Shown here one piece after another: positions 19,048 through 27,158 of a stretch of DNA of 64,000 nt. Origin of the DNA: a virus. The stretch spans positions 32,001-96,000 of IMG/VR virus record IMGVR_UViG_3300020383_000006, one strand, 5' to 3'. The translations under genes and the position numbers were made by a program. Below the pieces are notes generated by a model. It was not told the origin of the DNA, did not search any database, and worked only from the letters and a program-made list of their open reading frames with translations. Positions within the stretch are counted from its first letter, which is position 1. Every line of letters begins with the position of its first letter.

Positions 19048-21390
19048 ATGAAACTTTTTGACGAAAAAAGAACCCTTCTTTCCAACGTAGAAAATAAAAG
19101 TAAAATGCGGATTGAAGCATCATCCAAGATGTTTGAAATCCTCAGTTCTAAAATCTACAAATATAAACCAGCTGCCATAGTACGTGAACTTTCTTCAAAC
19201 TGTTATGATTCGCATGTTGAAGCTGGTATTCCAGAAAAACCTTTCACTGTAGTATTACCAAGTAAAATGCACAGTTACGTAGAATTTATTGACTATGGTA
19301 CTGGTATGTCACATGAAGATGTTGTAAACATTTTCACGGTTTATGGTGTTTCCACTAAGAATAATTCAAACAGTGCAATTGGTGCATTTGGTATGGGCGC
19401 TAAAACGCCTTTTGCATACGCCAAATCATTTATTGTTGAAACCGTTAAAGATGGTATCAAACGTTTCTATAATCTATATCTTGATGAATCAAGTGAGCCT
19501 TCTTACTCATTACAAGCCGAAGTAGAAACTGATGAAGGGAATGGAACAAAAATTAAAATTCCAGTTCGCGAAGAACATTACCACAAATTTGTTTCTGAAG
19601 CCGAATTTATTCTTTCATTTTTTGAAGTTCGTCCTGAAATAAACTATGCAGGGAATTTTGAATTTGTGGTTTCTGAAGAAAAAGTTAAAGAATTTTACGA
19701 ACAAGGGTTCATGCGGTTAAATATTGAACGAAGTGAATCTGAATTGTATAACTCATACCGTGATATCTACGCAGTTATGGGACCAGTTTGCTACCCCATT
19801 GATTTTTCTGATATCGGTATTAGTTCATACGAAATTTCTAGAAAACTTCCTGGACTTAAAAATGATTTGTTTAGCGGTAATGATACCATTTTTATTCAGT
19901 TTGAAATAGGTGAATTAGAAGTTAATGCTTCACGTGAAGCACTTTCTATTGACCAAGATTCAAATTCCAAAACTGTAGAAAATATCAGTAATAAAGTGAA
20001 AGAAATTAATGATCGGTTATTAAAAGAATTTGAAGATCATATTTCAAATGCTTCTAACCGAGTAGAAATGTTATCTAACCTTTATGAATATAATAAGTCA
20101 ATTTTTGAATACCGTGGAAATTGGAAATTTGAAATTGCTTTACAAAGTGTTTATTATAAGGAAAAAACGCTTCAGTCCCATTTAAAAGGAACGCTTTTGG
20201 GTCGCAATATCAATGTATATTCTTGTGAAGTACCTAAATCAAGAAAACGCTTTAATTCTAGAAATAACTTGTTACCAAGGTTTTTGTTTGATAATTACGG
20301 TAACAAAAGAAACTTTTTCGTTATTTTTGAAGATGCAGAAACTCATTTAACGACTGAATCATGGATGGGTTTTTATGCTAACGAAATTGAATATAACCTA
20401 AGAAACCAAGATTTATTGGTAAAGTTTAAAGGTAAAAAATCTGATTTAAAACTAGAGCGTTTGGCTAAATTGTTACCAGTTTTTGAACCCGAAGATTTTA
20501 ACGTTATTACTTTGTCAGAAATCCTTTCTGAACGGAAACGTATCATGCGGGAACGTCGGGTTTCTAGCGATGTAGATTCTATTACAAATAGACCCAAAAC
20601 TGAATTTAAGGCAAAAGGGTTAATTGCTAGAAATGAACCTTATACTAATTATTACCATAAAGGCAAGAAAGATATTAAAATAAAAATTCGTGAATCTAGA
20701 AATCAGGTTCGTAAGCCAGAATCAGAAAAAAGTATTTTGTATTTTTATCTGGAAAATGACTCTGGTGTATTACCTAAAAACCTTGGTATCAAATTGATTT
20801 CATTTTACCACAAATTCTTCACAAACACTTCTTACAAAGAATTTGTGTTAGTTTATAAAAACAAAATGAACGCAAAGCGAATTGAAGCTTCAGGTATCCA
20901 AAGTTTTAATGGTTTAATTAAAAAGATTGTTTCTGATAGAAAATTTTTAAGGTTCTTAAAAATATATGATATTTTAAGGAATTCAGAAAATTATAAAATA
21001 GATATTTTTGAATATAAAATTGGAACTCATCGAGAAAATGAATTAAAAGAATTCATTAAGAAAGAAGTTCTTGAGGAAGGCTTGGTTAGAATCTATTACA
21101 AATATGATTTTTTAGAAAATGAACTTGTTAATAAACTGGGTGAAAATGTTGTTGAACTGTTGTTCCAATTAAGGGAAAACTTCTATGATATTTCTACAAT
21201 TCTTGCTGTTTCACCTTTATTTAATACCGTTTACTTTGATAACCTTTTAGGCGAAATTAGTGACCCTAAAACTGAAAATAATAATAACATCGAGGATGAT
21301 TTTCCTATGTTAAAATATGTTCCTCAACACAATTTAACCTTTCAAGACAAGGTTGATGTTTCGAAATATATTCATTCGTACTTTGAATAG
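19048..21390 (+). CDS. rIIA: RIIA lysis-inhibition protein (GHKL ATPase N-domain)
   Basis: KMFEILSSKIY..AIVRELSSNCYDSH, DYGTGMS, IGAFGMGAKTPF. Confidence 0.92.
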   Translation: MKLFDEKRTLLSNVENKSKMRIEASSKMFEILSSKIYKYKPAAIVRELSSNCYDSHVEAGIPEKPFTVVLPSKMHSYVEFIDYGTGMSHEDVVNIFTVYGVSTKNNSNSAIGAFGMGAKTPFAYAKSFIVETVKDGIKRFYNLYLDESSEPSYSLQAEVETDEGNGTKIKIPVREEHYHKFVSEAEFILSFFEVRPEINYAGNFEFVVSEEKVKEFYEQGFMRLNIERSESELYNSYRDIYAVMGPVCYPIDFSDIGISSYEISRKLPGLKNDLFSGNDTIFIQFEIGELEVNASREALSIDQDSNSKTVENISNKVKEINDRLLKEFEDHISNASNRVEMLSNLYEYNKSIFEYRGNWKFEIALQSVYYKEKTLQSHLKGTLLGRNINVYSCEVPKSRKRFNSRNNLLPRFLFDNYGNKRNFFVIFEDAETHLTTESWMGFYANEIEYNLRNQDLLVKFKGKKSDLKLERLAKLLPVFEPEDFNVITLSEILSERKRIMRERRVSSDVDSITNRPKTEFKAKGLIARNEPYTNYYHKGKKDIKIKIRESRNQVRKPESEKSILYFYLENDSGVLPKNLGIKLISFYHKFFTNTSYKEFVLVYKNKMNAKRIEASGIQSFNGLIKKIVSDRKFLRFLKIYDILRNSENYKIDIFEYKIGTHRENELKEFIKKEVLEEGLVRIYYKYDFLENELVNKLGENVVELLFQLRENFYDISTILAVSPLFNTVYFDNLLGEISDPKTENNNNIEDDFPMLKYVPQHNLTFQDKVDVSKYIHSYFE

Positions 21391-21404
21391 GTTAAAATTT
21401 AACC

Positions 21405-21433
21405 TTTACTTATAACCAATATTTTATTATCAT
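21405..21433 (+). promoter_or_regulatory. early promoter for rIIB
   Basis: TTTACT-N17-TATCAT. Confidence 0.65.
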
Positions 21434-21481
21434 AATGGCGTGAGTTAATCACGCCAACCTTTAAAATCAGGAGATTATATT

Positions 21482-22468
21482 ATGGCAGTTCAGTGTTTGA
21501 ACCAAATTGAAAAACGTGCAATTTACGATTCATTTAAAGATGGTGCTTCTAAGCGTTCACTCGCTAAAAAGTATGAAGTATCTGATAAAACGATCAAACG
21601 CGTGATTGATGAAATTGAATCTGAAAGTGAAACTACGGTTGTAGGTACAAATGAACCTGAACCACAAGAACAAACTGAAACGGTCGAAGAAAAAACCGTT
21701 GATTCAAGTTTAGAAGGCGTTCATTTCAACTTTACTTTGTGTTCTGATTCAATTTCAATTACTCATATGCTAAACGGTGAAATGGTCTCTCATAACATCG
21801 ATGAGAACCATGAAAAGTTTGAATGGGCATACGGGTTGATTATGGAATCTCGCGGCTCCCAGGAGTCTTTGCGGGAGGTTGTGGAGGAAGTTTCTACTAA
21901 AGTTAAACTGGAAACATTGACATTCGGGCGTTTAAAAGTAGAACCTGAAATTGGGGAAATGACTTATACCTTTGATGACGGGTATGTTCACCAATTCCAC
22001 GGTCGTTTATTGGAACGGGTTGTAGATTCAGTTGTAAGCGGTAATGAATCCAAACTTAACAGCCTTGTAAACTTTAGTAAACTGTTGATGGAAAACCCAT
22101 CTAATCGATCGGTTAATGAACTTTATAACTTCCTTGACCATAACTGTATTCAAATTGATGAAGAAGGTATGGTTATTGCATTTAAGAAAGTCCGTGAAAA
22201 CTTTACTGACGTTCACAGCGGAAAATTTGATAACTCTATCGGTAGTAAACCGCGAGTTAACCGAAACCAAGTAGATGAAGACTCACAAGTAACTTGTTCA
22301 TACGGGTTACATGTTTGCGCCAGTTCATACCTTAGTTCATTCGGTGGCACTAAAACAGTTAAAGTTAAAGTTCATCCGAAAGACTTTGTTGCTATCCCAA
22401 GGGATTATAAAAACGCAAAGGCTCGTGTTTGTGGTTATGAAGTTATTGATGAAGTTACTAACTGGTAA
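21482..22468 (+). CDS. rIIB: RIIB protein
   Basis: N-terminal HTH; LMENPS..ELYNFL; TCSYGLHVC; KARVCGYEV. Confidence 0.92.
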   Translation: MAVQCLNQIEKRAIYDSFKDGASKRSLAKKYEVSDKTIKRVIDEIESESETTVVGTNEPEPQEQTETVEEKTVDSSLEGVHFNFTLCSDSISITHMLNGEMVSHNIDENHEKFEWAYGLIMESRGSQESLREVVEEVSTKVKLETLTFGRLKVEPEIGEMTYTFDDGYVHQFHGRLLERVVDSVVSGNESKLNSLVNFSKLLMENPSNRSVNELYNFLDHNCIQIDEEGMVIAFKKVRENFTDVHSGKFDNSIGSKPRVNRNQVDEDSQVTCSYGLHVCASSYLSSFGGTKTVKVKVHPKDFVAIPRDYKNAKARVCGYEVIDEVTNW

Positions 22469-22527
22469 CCCAAGACAAATGGGGTGGGTAATTTAACTCA
22501 CCTCAAATTCACCTGAGGTAAGAAATA

Positions 22528-22755
22528 ATGAAACAAGAAAGAGATATTTTAAGTGAAATTGATAATATTATTGAGACCGAACGGAAACAAGGTAATATTG
22601 TAGACCAAACTGAAGTTGGTGATATTATCAAACAATTAGAAAAATTAAGTTATAACGAATTAAAGTTAATTGAAGTTCGTTTAATTAACCTTAAAAACAG
22701 TAAGAAGCCTGACGTTAAAAAAGGTCAAGATGAACCACCAACGTTTAGTTTATAA
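22528..22755 (+). CDS. hypothetical protein
   Basis: ORF track; GAGG RBS. Confidence 0.55.
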   Translation: MKQERDILSEIDNIIETERKQGNIVDQTEVGDIIKQLEKLSYNELKLIEVRLINLKNSKKPDVKKGQDEPPTFSL

Positions 22756-22783
22756 TTATTTTTAAATTATTTTCAAAAAAAGG

Positions 22784-22812
22784 TTTACTTTTATTTTTAA
22801 CTGATTTAATAT
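22784..22812 (+). promoter_or_regulatory. early-type promoter of the tRNA operon
   Basis: GTTTACT-N17-TAATAT with AT-rich upstream element. Confidence 0.6.
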
Positions 22813-22897
22813 GATCTTCACGGTTTAGGGAATTTTAAATTTCAAATTACCTAAATAATAATAGATTCAAAATTTTTAGGATTAACGGAATTCAATT

Positions 22898-23035
22898 ATG
22901 TTATCATTACGATTAGAAAAAGCGACAAAAGGGTATCAGCATAAATCTGCTGAGACGGGTTCGTTTTATTCTAAATCTGATAGTAATAATATTGAACCGA
23001 AAAACGGGCTTTTTGAAGTAGGGGTTTGGGATTAA
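22898..23035 (+). CDS. putative 45-aa leader peptide of the tRNA operon attenuator
   Basis: Not in track; GGA RBS; MLSLRLEKATKGYQHKSAETGSFYSKSDSNNIEPKNGLFEVGVWD*; 3' codons overlap the antiterminator arm. Confidence 0.65.
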   Translation: MLSLRLEKATKGYQHKSAETGSFYSKSDSNNIEPKNGLFEVGVWD

Positions 23036-23095
23036 ACTCCAAAAGATAAAAATCTTACTTCAAAAAGCCCAGCCTAAAAAGCTGGGTTTTTTATT
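23006..23095 (+). promoter_or_regulatory. attenuator: antiterminator overlapping an intrinsic terminator
   Basis: 23006-23020 pairs perfectly (15 bp) with 23056-23070; 23067-23073 alternatively pairs with 23081-23087 followed by a U-tract. Confidence 0.75.
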
Positions 23096-23167
23096 ACATA
23101 TAGAAAATTTGAATTACAATAAAGAAATTTAATTTACGAATCAAGTTTCCTTATTATAGTTTAAAAA

Positions 23168-23180
23168 TGTTCTTTAACAA
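23168..23180 (+). promoter_or_regulatory. rrn-type boxA antitermination site
   Basis: TGTTCTTTAACAA vs consensus TGCTCTTTAACA, 17 nt upstream of the first tRNA. Confidence 0.65.
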
Positions 23181-23197
23181 ATTGGGTTCTAGACAGT

Positions 23198-23273
23198 GGT
23201 GGTAGTGGCAGAGTGGTTATGCCCTCGGTTGTGATCCGAGATCACGTGGGTTCAAATCCCATCTACCACCCCA
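23198..23273 (+). tRNA. tRNA-His(GTG)
   Basis: Cloverleaf with G-1/C73; CTCGG-TTGTGAT-CCGAG; CCA. Confidence 0.95.
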
Positions 23274-23286
23274 AAGTCTTACTTGT

Positions 23287-23359
23287 ACTCCCATCGTCTA
23301 GTGGTCTAGGACACTTGCCTTTCACGCAGGGAACAGGGGTTCAAATCCCCTTGGGAGTA
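23287..23359 (+). tRNA. tRNA-Glu(TTC), no encoded CCA, extended acceptor helix
   Basis: Cloverleaf CTTGC-CTTTCAC-GCAGG; ends ...GAGTA CAA; flanks pair for 13 more bp. Confidence 0.9.
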
Positions 23360-23375
23360 CAAGTAAGATTTAAAA

Positions 23376-23453
23376 GGCGGAGTGGACTGGAGTTGGTTCC
23401 AGCTCAGGCTCATAACCTGAATGACGTAGGTTCGAATCCTACCTCCGCAACCA
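23376..23453 (+). tRNA. tRNA-Met(CAT), initiator-like
   Basis: 1:72 mismatch (G/A); TCAGG-CTCATAA-CCTGA; CCA. Confidence 0.88.
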
Positions 23454-23459
23454 GTTTGT

Positions 23460-23534
23460 AGTGGTATAGCTCAGCGGTAGAGCAAACTCTTGATAAGGGT
23501 TAGGTCGCTGGTTCAAATCCAGCTACCACTACCA
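23460..23534 (+). tRNA. tRNA-Ile(GAT)
   Basis: Cloverleaf; TTGATAA loop; CCA. Confidence 0.95.
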
Positions 23535-23543
23535 AATTTAAAA

Positions 23544-23629
23544 GGACGTGCGGCAAAGTTGGTGAGTTGCGGCAGACTGTAAATCTGTTACCTCAGGTTA
23601 AGAAGGTTCGAATCCTTCCACGTCCACCA
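23544..23629 (+). tRNA. tRNA-Tyr(GTA)
   Basis: Cloverleaf with variable arm; CTGTAAA loop; CCA. Confidence 0.95.
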
Positions 23630-23637
23630 GTTTCGAA

Positions 23638-23767
23638 AGCGCCACACTAGCGTGATTAGACTTCATCATCTACGTGATGTATGGTGCATACCAAGATAAA
23701 GTAACCTGAAGTAGTGTTCCGGTGAAATTGAAAGGAAGATAAGGTTCAAGTCCTTAACTGATGCTGA
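23638..23767 (+). ncRNA. tRNA-like ncRNA with a perfect T-arm but no cloverleaf
   Basis: TAAGG-TTCAAGT-CCTTA; long ACACT..ACTTCA/TGAAGT.AGTGT stem; no CCA. Confidence 0.55.
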
Positions 23768-23778
23768 AGAATTTTAAA

Positions 23779-23857
23779 CTCCGTGTAATATCAGTCTGGT
23801 CAGATGGCTCGATTTGGAATCGAGAGGTCGTAGGTTCAAATCCTACCACGGAGACCA
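23779..23857 (+). tRNA. tRNA-Pro(TGG)
   Basis: CTCGA-TTTGGAA-TCGAG; CCA. Confidence 0.93.
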
Positions 23858-23976
23858 ATTTTGGTTATATGCTTATAACTAATAGTTATTATACGCAAGC
23901 CATAATTTTTAGTATAATATTTGCGTTGGTTGGGAAGATCAACGTTAATTAACTAAAATTGAAGGAAATCTATATT

Positions 23977-24204
23977 ATGGCTATTAAACCATTATCTGAA
24001 AAACCAGTTGCTTCAAAACAAGAAATTGATTTATCTGGTCCAGATGGAAACGCTTTTGTTTTGTTTGGTTATGCTAAAAATTATGCAAAACAATTAGGTT
24101 TAGACGGTAATAAAATCGTTGAAGAAATGAAAAGCGGTGACTACGAAAATTTGTTAAATGTTTTTGATAGTTATTTCGGTGAGTTTGTAACTCTTTATCG
24201 CTAA
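23977..24204 (+). CDS. conserved small phage hypothetical protein
   Basis: IDLSGPDGNAF...MKSGDYENLL; probable start MAIKP. Confidence 0.7.
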   Translation: MAIKPLSEKPVASKQEIDLSGPDGNAFVLFGYAKNYAKQLGLDGNKIVEEMKSGDYENLLNVFDSYFGEFVTLYR

Positions 24205-24244
24205 TAGAATTTTGTGAGCCGAATATTCGGCTCACTTTTTTACT

Positions 24245-24324
24245 GGAGTATGGGACTGCTAGGTGTGGTCGCTGGCCTGTCACGTCAGATGTTCAGAGGG
24301 GTTCGAATCCCCTATACTCCGCCA
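24245..24324 (+). tRNA. tRNA-Asp(GTC)
   Basis: CTGTCAC loop; T-arm; GCCA. Confidence 0.93.
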
Positions 24325-24329
24325 TTTTT

Positions 24330-24404
24330 GGGGAATTAGCTCAGCGGTAGAGCGACTGCCTGTTAAGCAGTTGGCCATTGGTTCGAATCCAATATTCCCC
24401 GCCA
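24330..24404 (+). tRNA. tRNA-Asn(GTT)
   Basis: ACTGC-CTGTTAA-GCAGT; GCCA. Confidence 0.95.
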
Positions 24405-24409
24405 ATTTT

Positions 24410-24487
24410 GGGTCGGTAGCCAAGTCAGGTGAAGGCAATGCACTTTTAATGCATGGATCGAAGGTTCAAATCCTTCTCGACCCACCA
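24410..24487 (+). tRNA. tRNA-Lys(TTT)
   Basis: ATGCA-CTTTTAA-TGCAT; ACCA. Confidence 0.95.
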
Positions 24488-24492
24488 ATTTT

Positions 24493-24564
24493 GGGGCTGG
24501 TTCTTGGTGACGGAAGATGGTTTGCAACCATTTGAGGAGGGTTCGATTCCCTCTAGCTCCACCA
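24493..24564 (+). tRNA. tRNA-Ala(TGC) with aberrant D-arm
   Basis: G3.U70 in GGGGCTG/TAGCTCC; TTTGCAA loop; G at position 8; 72 nt. Confidence 0.85.
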
Positions 24565-24570
24565 AATACA

Positions 24571-24678
24571 GATTATTTTGTACTGGCGCAATACATGAGT
24601 TCTTTCCTAGGTTTTTTAAAAAGGCTCCGGCTTCCGCTGGCTAATAGGTTGAATGCGGGGCGTCAGTACAAAATAATT
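24571..24678 (+). ncRNA. candidate ~108-nt structured RNA
   Basis: 19-bp terminal stem GATTATTTTGTACTGGCGC/GCGTCAGTACAAAATAATT (G.U pairs on + strand) enclosing two hairpins. Confidence 0.6.
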
Positions 24679-24684
24679 TTAATT

Positions 24685-24760
24685 GCCGACATAGCTCAAC
24701 TGGGAGAGCAGCGCCTTTGTAACGCGCATGTTGGGAGTTCGAATCTCTCTGTCGGTACCA
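24685..24760 (+). tRNA. tRNA-Thr(TGT)
   Basis: Cloverleaf; C.C mismatch at the 31:39 pair; CCA. Confidence 0.92.
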
Positions 24761-24802
24761 ATTTATTGTTAGGTATTTAATTATGTTTGGTGGTAAGAAT
24801 AT

Positions 24803-24879
24803 AGGGGATTAGCCAAGCGGTCGAAGGCAACGGACTTTGATTCCGTTATTCAAGGGTTCGAATCCCTTATCCCCTCCCA
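24803..24879 (+). tRNA. tRNA-Gln(TTG)
   Basis: ACGGA-CTTTGAT-TCCGT; CCA. Confidence 0.93.
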
Positions 24880-24899
24880 ATTTTGAAAGGAGATATATT

Positions 24900-25163
24900 A
24901 TGGTTCGGTTTTATCCAAGGGAACTAGAAGTTTGGAAATCTAAGTTTGATTTTTCTGGAGATACAACCTTAGTTAATAGAACACTAAAACCATATAAAGA
25001 ATTTTATGATAGAGCTGAATTGATAAAATTTTTGAGGGAGAATGGTCCCAAATTAGATAATTCTAAATACCCTTTAGAGTTTAATTCAATAAATCACCAT
25101 TACTATGGTTATTGCCATGTCGTAAAACAAATCGGTGTTCTCGGTTGGATGATTGAGAAATAG
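24900..25163 (+). CDS. hypothetical protein
   Basis: AAGGAG RBS before MVRFYPRE; track start 24837 lies inside tRNA-Gln. Confidence 0.65.
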   Translation: MVRFYPRELEVWKSKFDFSGDTTLVNRTLKPYKEFYDRAELIKFLRENGPKLDNSKYPLEFNSINHHYYGYCHVVKQIGVLGWMIEK

Positions 25164-25181
25164 GGTAAAGTTTTAATTAAT

Positions 25182-25255
25182 GCGTGTGTAAACTCAGTTG
25201 GTAGAGTTCCGTCCTTCCAAGTCGGTGGTCGCAGGTTCGAATCCTGTCACACGCT
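25182..25255 (+). tRNA. tRNA-Gly(TCC), no encoded CCA
   Basis: CCGTC-CTTCCAA-GTCGG (one U.U pair); ends T-CAA. Confidence 0.9.
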
Positions 25256-25263
25256 CAATTTAA

Positions 25264-25350
25264 GGAAAGTTGGCAGAGCGGTCTATTGCACTCGACTGCT
25301 AATCGAGAGTCCTTCGGGGCACGTGGGTTCGAATCCCACACTTTCCGCCA
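25264..25350 (+). tRNA. tRNA-Ser(GCT)
   Basis: CTGCTAA loop; variable arm; GCCA. Confidence 0.95.
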
Positions 25351-25354
25351 ATTC

Positions 25355-25449
25355 GGAAGGTCGCAAGGCTGGCGTGCTTATCGGTCTTGAAAACCGTGAT
25401 GCTGAGTGAGTAGCTCGGCGTATGGGTTCGATCCCCATACCTTCCTCCA
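25355..25449 (+). tRNA. tRNA-Ser(TGA)
   Basis: CTTGAAA loop; long variable arm; TCCA. Confidence 0.9.
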
Positions 25450-25471
25450 ATTTTATTAGTAAGGGTTTGTT

Positions 25472-26698
25472 ATGTATAATTTGATTAAAGGTGAAAATTT
25501 TGATATTAAAGTTTGGAACAAAGATGTTCCAATGGAATCAGGTGTATTTGACCAAGTAAGAAACCTTGCTAAATTACAAGGCGTTCAGGCTGTCTCATTA
25601 ATGCCAGATGCTCATGTTGGCAAAGGGTCAACCGTAGGGTCAGTCATCGTAACTAAAAACGTTATAATTCCTGCTACAGTAGGTGTTGACATCGGTTGCG
25701 GTATGAATGCAATCCGGTTATCTTTAAAAGCTTCTGATTTACCTGAATCACTTACTCAAGTAAGGAACGAAGTAGAAAAAATGGTTCCAGTTGGTTTTGA
25801 CCAACATTCTGACCAACGTACTGGAATTAGTGCTCACAGAAATACTCGTTCAATGCTTAATCGTTATATGAGCAAATTAGAACTTGGGTTTAATGAAATT
25901 ACTAACAAACACGAAGATATTAGCAAAATGTCTAAAAACTTACCACAAAAAGTTCTTCAACAAATCGGGACTTTGGGTGGTGGTAACCATTTCATTGAAT
26001 TATGTATTGATGAAAACCAAGATGTTTGGGTAATGCTTCATTCAGGTTCTCGTGGTGTAGGTAACGCAATTGGTCGTTACTTTATTGAAAAAGCTAAAGA
26101 AGAAATTTTAAAATCAGGGTTACAAGTACCAGAAAAAGATTTATCTTATTTATCCCATGGTACAGATTTGTATCGTGATTATATTGATTCTGTTGGTTGG
26201 GCGCAAGAGTACGCTAAAACTAACCGCAAAGCAATGATGGAATTGGTTCTTACTGCTTTGAAAAGATATTTACCGAATTTCATTGTTACGAAAGAAGCGA
26301 TTAATTGTCACCACAACTATATTTCTAAAGAAGTTCATATGTCTGAAGAAGTATATGTTACCCGTAAAGGTGCAGTTTCAGCGCAAGCTGGTGAATTAGG
26401 AATTATTCCTGGTTCTATGGGTGCTAAATCGTATATCGTTCGTGGTAAAGGTAACGTTGATTCATTTTGTTCTTGTTCACATGGCGCTGGTCGTGTAATG
26501 TCAAGAAGTAAAGCTAAGAAAATGATTTCTATTGAGGATCATTTAAAAGCAACTGATGGCGTTGATTGTCGTAAAGATAAAGGTGTATTAGATGAATCAC
26601 CTTTAGCGTATAAAGATATTGACGCAGTAATGAGTTCACAAGATGACTTGGTTGAGGTAGTTCATACTCTTAAACAAGTTATGTGTGTAAAAGGTTAA
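25472..26698 (+). CDS. rtcB: RNA 2',3'-cyclic phosphate/5'-OH ligase RtcB
   Basis: MPDAHVGKG, VGVDIGCG, GTLGGGNHFIE, HSGSRG, HHNY, SHGAGR and C-terminal VKG motifs. Confidence 0.97.
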   Translation: MYNLIKGENFDIKVWNKDVPMESGVFDQVRNLAKLQGVQAVSLMPDAHVGKGSTVGSVIVTKNVIIPATVGVDIGCGMNAIRLSLKASDLPESLTQVRNEVEKMVPVGFDQHSDQRTGISAHRNTRSMLNRYMSKLELGFNEITNKHEDISKMSKNLPQKVLQQIGTLGGGNHFIELCIDENQDVWVMLHSGSRGVGNAIGRYFIEKAKEEILKSGLQVPEKDLSYLSHGTDLYRDYIDSVGWAQEYAKTNRKAMMELVLTALKRYLPNFIVTKEAINCHHNYISKEVHMSEEVYVTRKGAVSAQAGELGIIPGSMGAKSYIVRGKGNVDSFCSCSHGAGRVMSRSKAKKMISIEDHLKATDGVDCRKDKGVLDESPLAYKDIDAVMSSQDDLVEVVHTLKQVMCVKG

Positions 26699-26700
26699 TT

Positions 26701-26776
26701 GCATGGTTGGCTGAGCGTTTTAGGCGTCGGATTGCAAATCCGAATTACGGGGGTTAGAATCCCTCACCATGTTCCA
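26701..26776 (+). tRNA. tRNA-Cys(GCA)
   Basis: TCGGA-TTGCAAA-TCCGA; T-loop TTAGAAT variant; TCCA. Confidence 0.9.
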
Positions 26777-26796
26777 ACTAATTAAGGTTGTTTGTT

Positions 26797-27075
26797 ATGA
26801 GTGAATTTAAAGTTGAAGAAATGGTTTGTGGTTGTGGTCGGCAAGGTAGATATATTGACCCGTCCAATGGAAAGTCTTCTTGTAATAAAAATAAACGTTG
26901 CCCAACGTACGAGCAACTAGAAAAAACAAACAAGGAACTGTACCATGACATCCTTATGTTGTTGGAAGCTTCAAATGATGTAACAACATTCAGAGAATCT
27001 ACTAAACCTTACAACAAAGCTAATTTTGTGATTGAAGAATTAACTTCAAAATATGATTTTAATAAAAGGTTTTAA
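26797..27075 (+). CDS. Cys-rich hypothetical protein
   Basis: CGCGRQGRY..SCNKNKRCP. Confidence 0.6.
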   Translation: MSEFKVEEMVCGCGRQGRYIDPSNGKSSCNKNKRCPTYEQLEKTNKELYHDILMLLEASNDVTTFRESTKPYNKANFVIEELTSKYDFNKRF

Positions 27076-27076
27076 T

Positions 27077-27152
27077 GGGGACTTAGCTCAGCAGGTAGAG
27101 CACTAGATTGAAGATCTGGGTGTCACTGGTTCAATTCCAGTAGTCCTCACCA
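27077..27152 (+). tRNA. tRNA-Phe(GAA)
   Basis: TTGAAGA loop; ACCA. Confidence 0.95.
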
Positions 27153-27158
27153 AATAAT

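Noticed and set aside
23213-24780. Track ORFs 23213..23461, 23761..23952, 24263..24535, 24453..24644 and 24517..24780
   Set aside because: They overlap tRNA genes; their GSNP/GSIP peptides are translations of T-loops
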